A stretch of DNA of 27,898 nt from a virus (Duplodnaviria > Caudoviricetes). The notes beneath the pieces were generated by a model. It was not told the origin of the DNA. It saw only the letters and a program-made list of their open reading frames with translations, and ran no database searches. The stretch lies in IMG/VR virus record IMGVR_UViG_3300043410_001001, positions 1 to 27,898 of that record; one strand, given 5' to 3'. Of the stretch, positions 25,915-27,898 are shown one piece after another. A program made the position numbers and the translations under genes. The number at the start of each line of letters is the position of its first letter. Position 1 is the stretch's first letter.

Positions 25915-26799
25915 TTATCTACGGCCACGGAAAAGACTTTGCTTAACGTCTGCTGATTCTTTTGAACCAGATTTTTCAGCACCGTGACCTGCTTCTTTAG
26001 TTTTGAAGCCTGTTTTTCCTGCGTTGCCGCCAGGTACGTTAACATTACCAGCATTATCTTCTGTAGGCTTTTGCTTGTTTAAGCCAGAACCTTTTAATTG
26101 ACCTTGATTAGCATAGGTAGCTGCATCTTCTTTGCTTGAAAGAATGTTAGCAGTTGTACCACCCATGTCATTTTTCATGTTGTCAATAGTAGATTTTTTG
26201 TTGTCAGCTTTCTCAGCTGCACCTTTTTTCTCAGCACCGTGACCAGCTGGAACTTTTTCTACATACTCGCGAACGGTTTCTAAATCAAAACCTTCCTCTT
26301 CTGGCATGTCGTCTCCGCCTTCTTCGTCACCGAATTCACCTTGTGCTTCTTCTTCGCCTTTTAATTGAGCAAATTTAGCTTGTAATTCATCAACAATTGA
26401 TTCTAGATCTTGCATGATTTCTTCTTCAGACTGCTCACCTTCTTCGCCCTCGTCACCCATTTCTAGGTCACCTTCTAGGTCGTCAGTTGCGTCTCCGCCC
26501 ATATCATCGGCGCCAGCTTCAAATGCAACATCTTCAAAGTTTTCGTCTAGATCTTCGTCGTCTTTATCTTCTTCTGAAGCTTCATCTACTTTGTCATCTT
26601 CTGCATCATCATCTTGTGCAGCTTCTTCCATTTCGTCATCTTCTTTATCATCTTCTTCTGAAATTTCTGATTCAATTAAATTTTCATAAATTTCGCGTGA
26701 AGCTGCTACTACATATTCGTGGAAAAGCTCTTCAGCTTTTGCTTGATCGTCGTTAACCAAATGCTCTAGCATCTGGCTTAATAAATTCTTATCTGCCAT
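25915..26799 (-). CDS. Highly acidic prohead core/internal protein, gp67-like by position and architecture
   Basis: N-terminal helix (LEHLVNDDQAKAEELFHE) followed by a long D/E tract, between portal and protease as T4 gp67/68 are; basic G/K-rich tail. Confidence 0.6.
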   Translation of the reverse strand: MADKNLLSQMLEHLVNDDQAKAEELFHEYVVAASREIYENLIESEISEEDDKEDDEMEEAAQDDDAEDDKVDEASEEDKDDEDLDENFEDVAFEAGADDMGGDATDDLEGDLEMGDEGEEGEQSEEEIMQDLESIVDELQAKFAQLKGEEEAQGEFGDEEGGDDMPEEEGFDLETVREYVEKVPAGHGAEKKGAAEKADNKKSTIDNMKNDMGGTTANILSSKEDAATYANQGQLKGSGLNKQKPTEDNAGNVNVPGGNAGKTGFKTKEAGHGAEKSGSKESADVKQSLFRGRR

Positions 26800-26837
26800 G
26801 TTAATTTCTCCTTCAAGGTATGGTTAGGCTGTGTTTT

Positions 26838-26843
26838 TATTTA
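26838..26843 (-). promoter_or_regulatory. Late promoter-like box TAAATA for the core-protease-scaffold-capsid operon
   Basis: GCAGTAAATAAAAACAC in the intergenic gap, upstream of SD AAGGAGA. Confidence 0.7.
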
Positions 26844-26865
26844 CTGCGTAGATTAAAAAAAGGGG

Positions 26866-27564
26866 TTAAATGACGTTTTTTTGATTCGTTTGGTCAGAAT
26901 ATATAGTTCCGGGGAACTTTTTTTCAAACTCTTCAAAAGTTATATGTTTTAAATTTGGAAGTGAAGGTCCAAGTTTTTCTGGTATAACTGATCCTTTTTC
27001 TATTACTCTATAAAATTGATTGCTGCGCCAATCTCTAATTGTTTTTTCTGTTTGACTTAGCCAGTTTCCGTGATATGTAGGCGGTTCAAAGCTCTTTTTG
27101 TAATTGAAGGTATCAGCATAAACATTGTTAAATTTGCCTTCAATTCCCTCATAATCAAAGCCAAATATGTATATGTCTTTGTGCCCGCAATCACAGGCAA
27201 AATAAAGTGCTGTTGGTCCACTACTCCAACCCCTGTGAGGGTGAAAGAAGTTAACTCCCGATTTAGTGTTTACCCCTTTATTTGGATTTGTCCATACCGA
27301 ATGTGTTCTATGATAACCGCTAGATATAATTTCGTTGACCATTTTAACATCAACTGCTATTAAAAAGTCTGGTTCAAATTCTCTATATAGAGCGTTACAA
27401 CCAAACGTAGTGCCGTATTCTGGCAGGGCAGCATGATTTAATTTTAATCTGCTACGCCCGTTACCAAGTACGAAAGCTGGTTCATTCCGCGGGTTGCTGT
27501 GCTTCAACTGGGGTACCGTACATCTGTTGTATAAACGAACGCTCTGATTGTTCTTCCATCTCAT
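26866..27564 (-). CDS. Rossmann-like protein resembling CstII (GT42) sialyltransferase / Maf-DUF115 family; start uncertain (TTG 27507 possible)
   Basis: AFVLGNGRS, FGCNALY...PDFLIAVD and SSGPTALYFA...GHKDIYIFGFD motifs parallel the GNGPS / CN / TSG...IYL.G.D motifs of that superfamily. Confidence 0.6.
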   Translation of the reverse strand: MRWKNNQSVRLYNRCTVPQLKHSNPRNEPAFVLGNGRSRLKLNHAALPEYGTTFGCNALYREFEPDFLIAVDVKMVNEIISSGYHRTHSVWTNPNKGVNTKSGVNFFHPHRGWSSGPTALYFACDCGHKDIYIFGFDYEGIEGKFNNVYADTFNYKKSFEPPTYHGNWLSQTEKTIRDWRSNQFYRVIEKGSVIPEKLGPSLPNLKHITFEEFEKKFPGTIYSDQTNQKNVI

Positions 27565-27730
27565 GAGCTTCGCTTTGTTGGCGCAGTTGGTTTATTTGTC
27601 GTAAAGTTAATCTAATTTTACGAGTGTCTGATTTTTTCACAACAGAACTATCTCTAGAAGCGTCATATCTTTGATCGTTTCCAAAGTCATTTGTGTTGTC
27701 GTTAAAATAGAAAAATTCACGTAGAAGCAT
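27482..27730 (-). CDS. Hypothetical head-module protein (82 aa), probably leaderless
   Basis: MLLREFF...DTRKIRLTLRQINQLR...QMYG; directly after the portal; TAAATA 5 nt upstream. Confidence 0.7.
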   Translation of the reverse strand: MLLREFFYFNDNTNDFGNDQRYDASRDSSVVKKSDTRKIRLTLRQINQLRQQSEAHEMEEQSERSFIQQMYGTPVEAQQPAE

Positions 27731-27735
27731 ACTAA

Positions 27736-27741
27736 TATTTA
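27736..27741 (-). promoter_or_regulatory. Late promoter-like box TAAATA
   Basis: AGGTAAATATTAGTATG in the 17-nt gap after the upstream stop. Confidence 0.65.
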
Positions 27742-27747
27742 CCTAAC

Positions 27748-27897
27748 TCAGGCTGCAGGAGCCGGTTCAGATTCACCGCCGGGCTCAGTTGCTTGTGCAG
27801 CCATATCGTCGGGTGCTTCTGCATCTTGACCGTCAACTTCAGCTGCCATACTACCCGGAGTTACTCCGGCTGATCTTAAATCTCCAGCAGCATCATC
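27748..27897 (-). CDS. C-terminal fragment of a gene entering from the right edge, probably portal protein (gp20-like)
   Basis: Open frame DDAAGDLRSAGVTPGSMAAEVDGQDAEAPDDMAAQATEPGGESEPAPAA*. Portal identity is inferred from T4 gene order (20-67-68-21-22-23) and the acidic Pro/Ala tail only. Confidence 0.55.
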   Translation of the reverse strand, partial: DDAAGDLRSAGVTPGSMAAEVDGQDAEAPDDMAAQATEPGGESEPAPAA

Positions 27898-27898
27898 T

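Noticed and set aside
26851-26886. Possible terminator after the transferase-like gene
   Set aside because: Only an A7/U7 stem with no GC-rich helix; too weak to call.
1628-27363. All plus-strand ORFs and short minus-strand ORFs nested in long genes
   Set aside because: Fully overlap well-supported genes, lack RBS, and have the composition expected of antisense or shifted frames.
1-27898. Stop-codon reassignment (no gene ends in TAG)
   Set aside because: Genes up to 9.2 kb are uninterrupted in the standard code, and TAA preference is expected in AT-rich DNA.
1-27898. CRISPR array, tRNA/rRNA, introns/inteins, IS or homing endonuclease
   Set aside because: No regularly spaced DNA repeats; intergenic gaps are short with no cloverleaf; capsid and protease genes are uninterrupted; no such protein motifs seen.

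Overview
This is a 27.9-kb, AT-rich fragment of a large T4-like (gp23-type) tailed phage genome, and every credible gene lies on the minus strand. In transcription order (right to left) it has a head module: portal C-terminus, 82-aa ORF, a CstII/Maf-like glycosyltransferase-fold ORF, an acidic gp67-like core protein, gp21 protease, gp22 scaffold, gp23 major capsid protein and a terminator. A roughly 22-kb cluster of virion fibre/appendage genes follows, built from paralog sets. It includes two giant modular adhesin-like paralogs (1832 and 3071 aa) and a 12%-cysteine protein that runs off the left edge and is missing from the ORF track. Beyond the gene list, five signals stand out. (1) The palindrome ACWGT appears absent from the whole window while ACSGT is abundant, and every Thr-Val pair I checked uses ACC/ACG-GTN, suggesting an unusual sequence-specific defence or nuclease. 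(2) Seven TAAATA late-promoter-like boxes occur, two followed by ATG at exactly 5 nt (leaderless). (3) One box overlaps an RBS-enclosing hairpin, like T4 early/late translational switches. (4) A multi-stem RNA leader lies at 18040-18148. (5) A sialyltransferase-like gene is embedded in the head operon. All calls are by-eye motif recognition; no searches were run.
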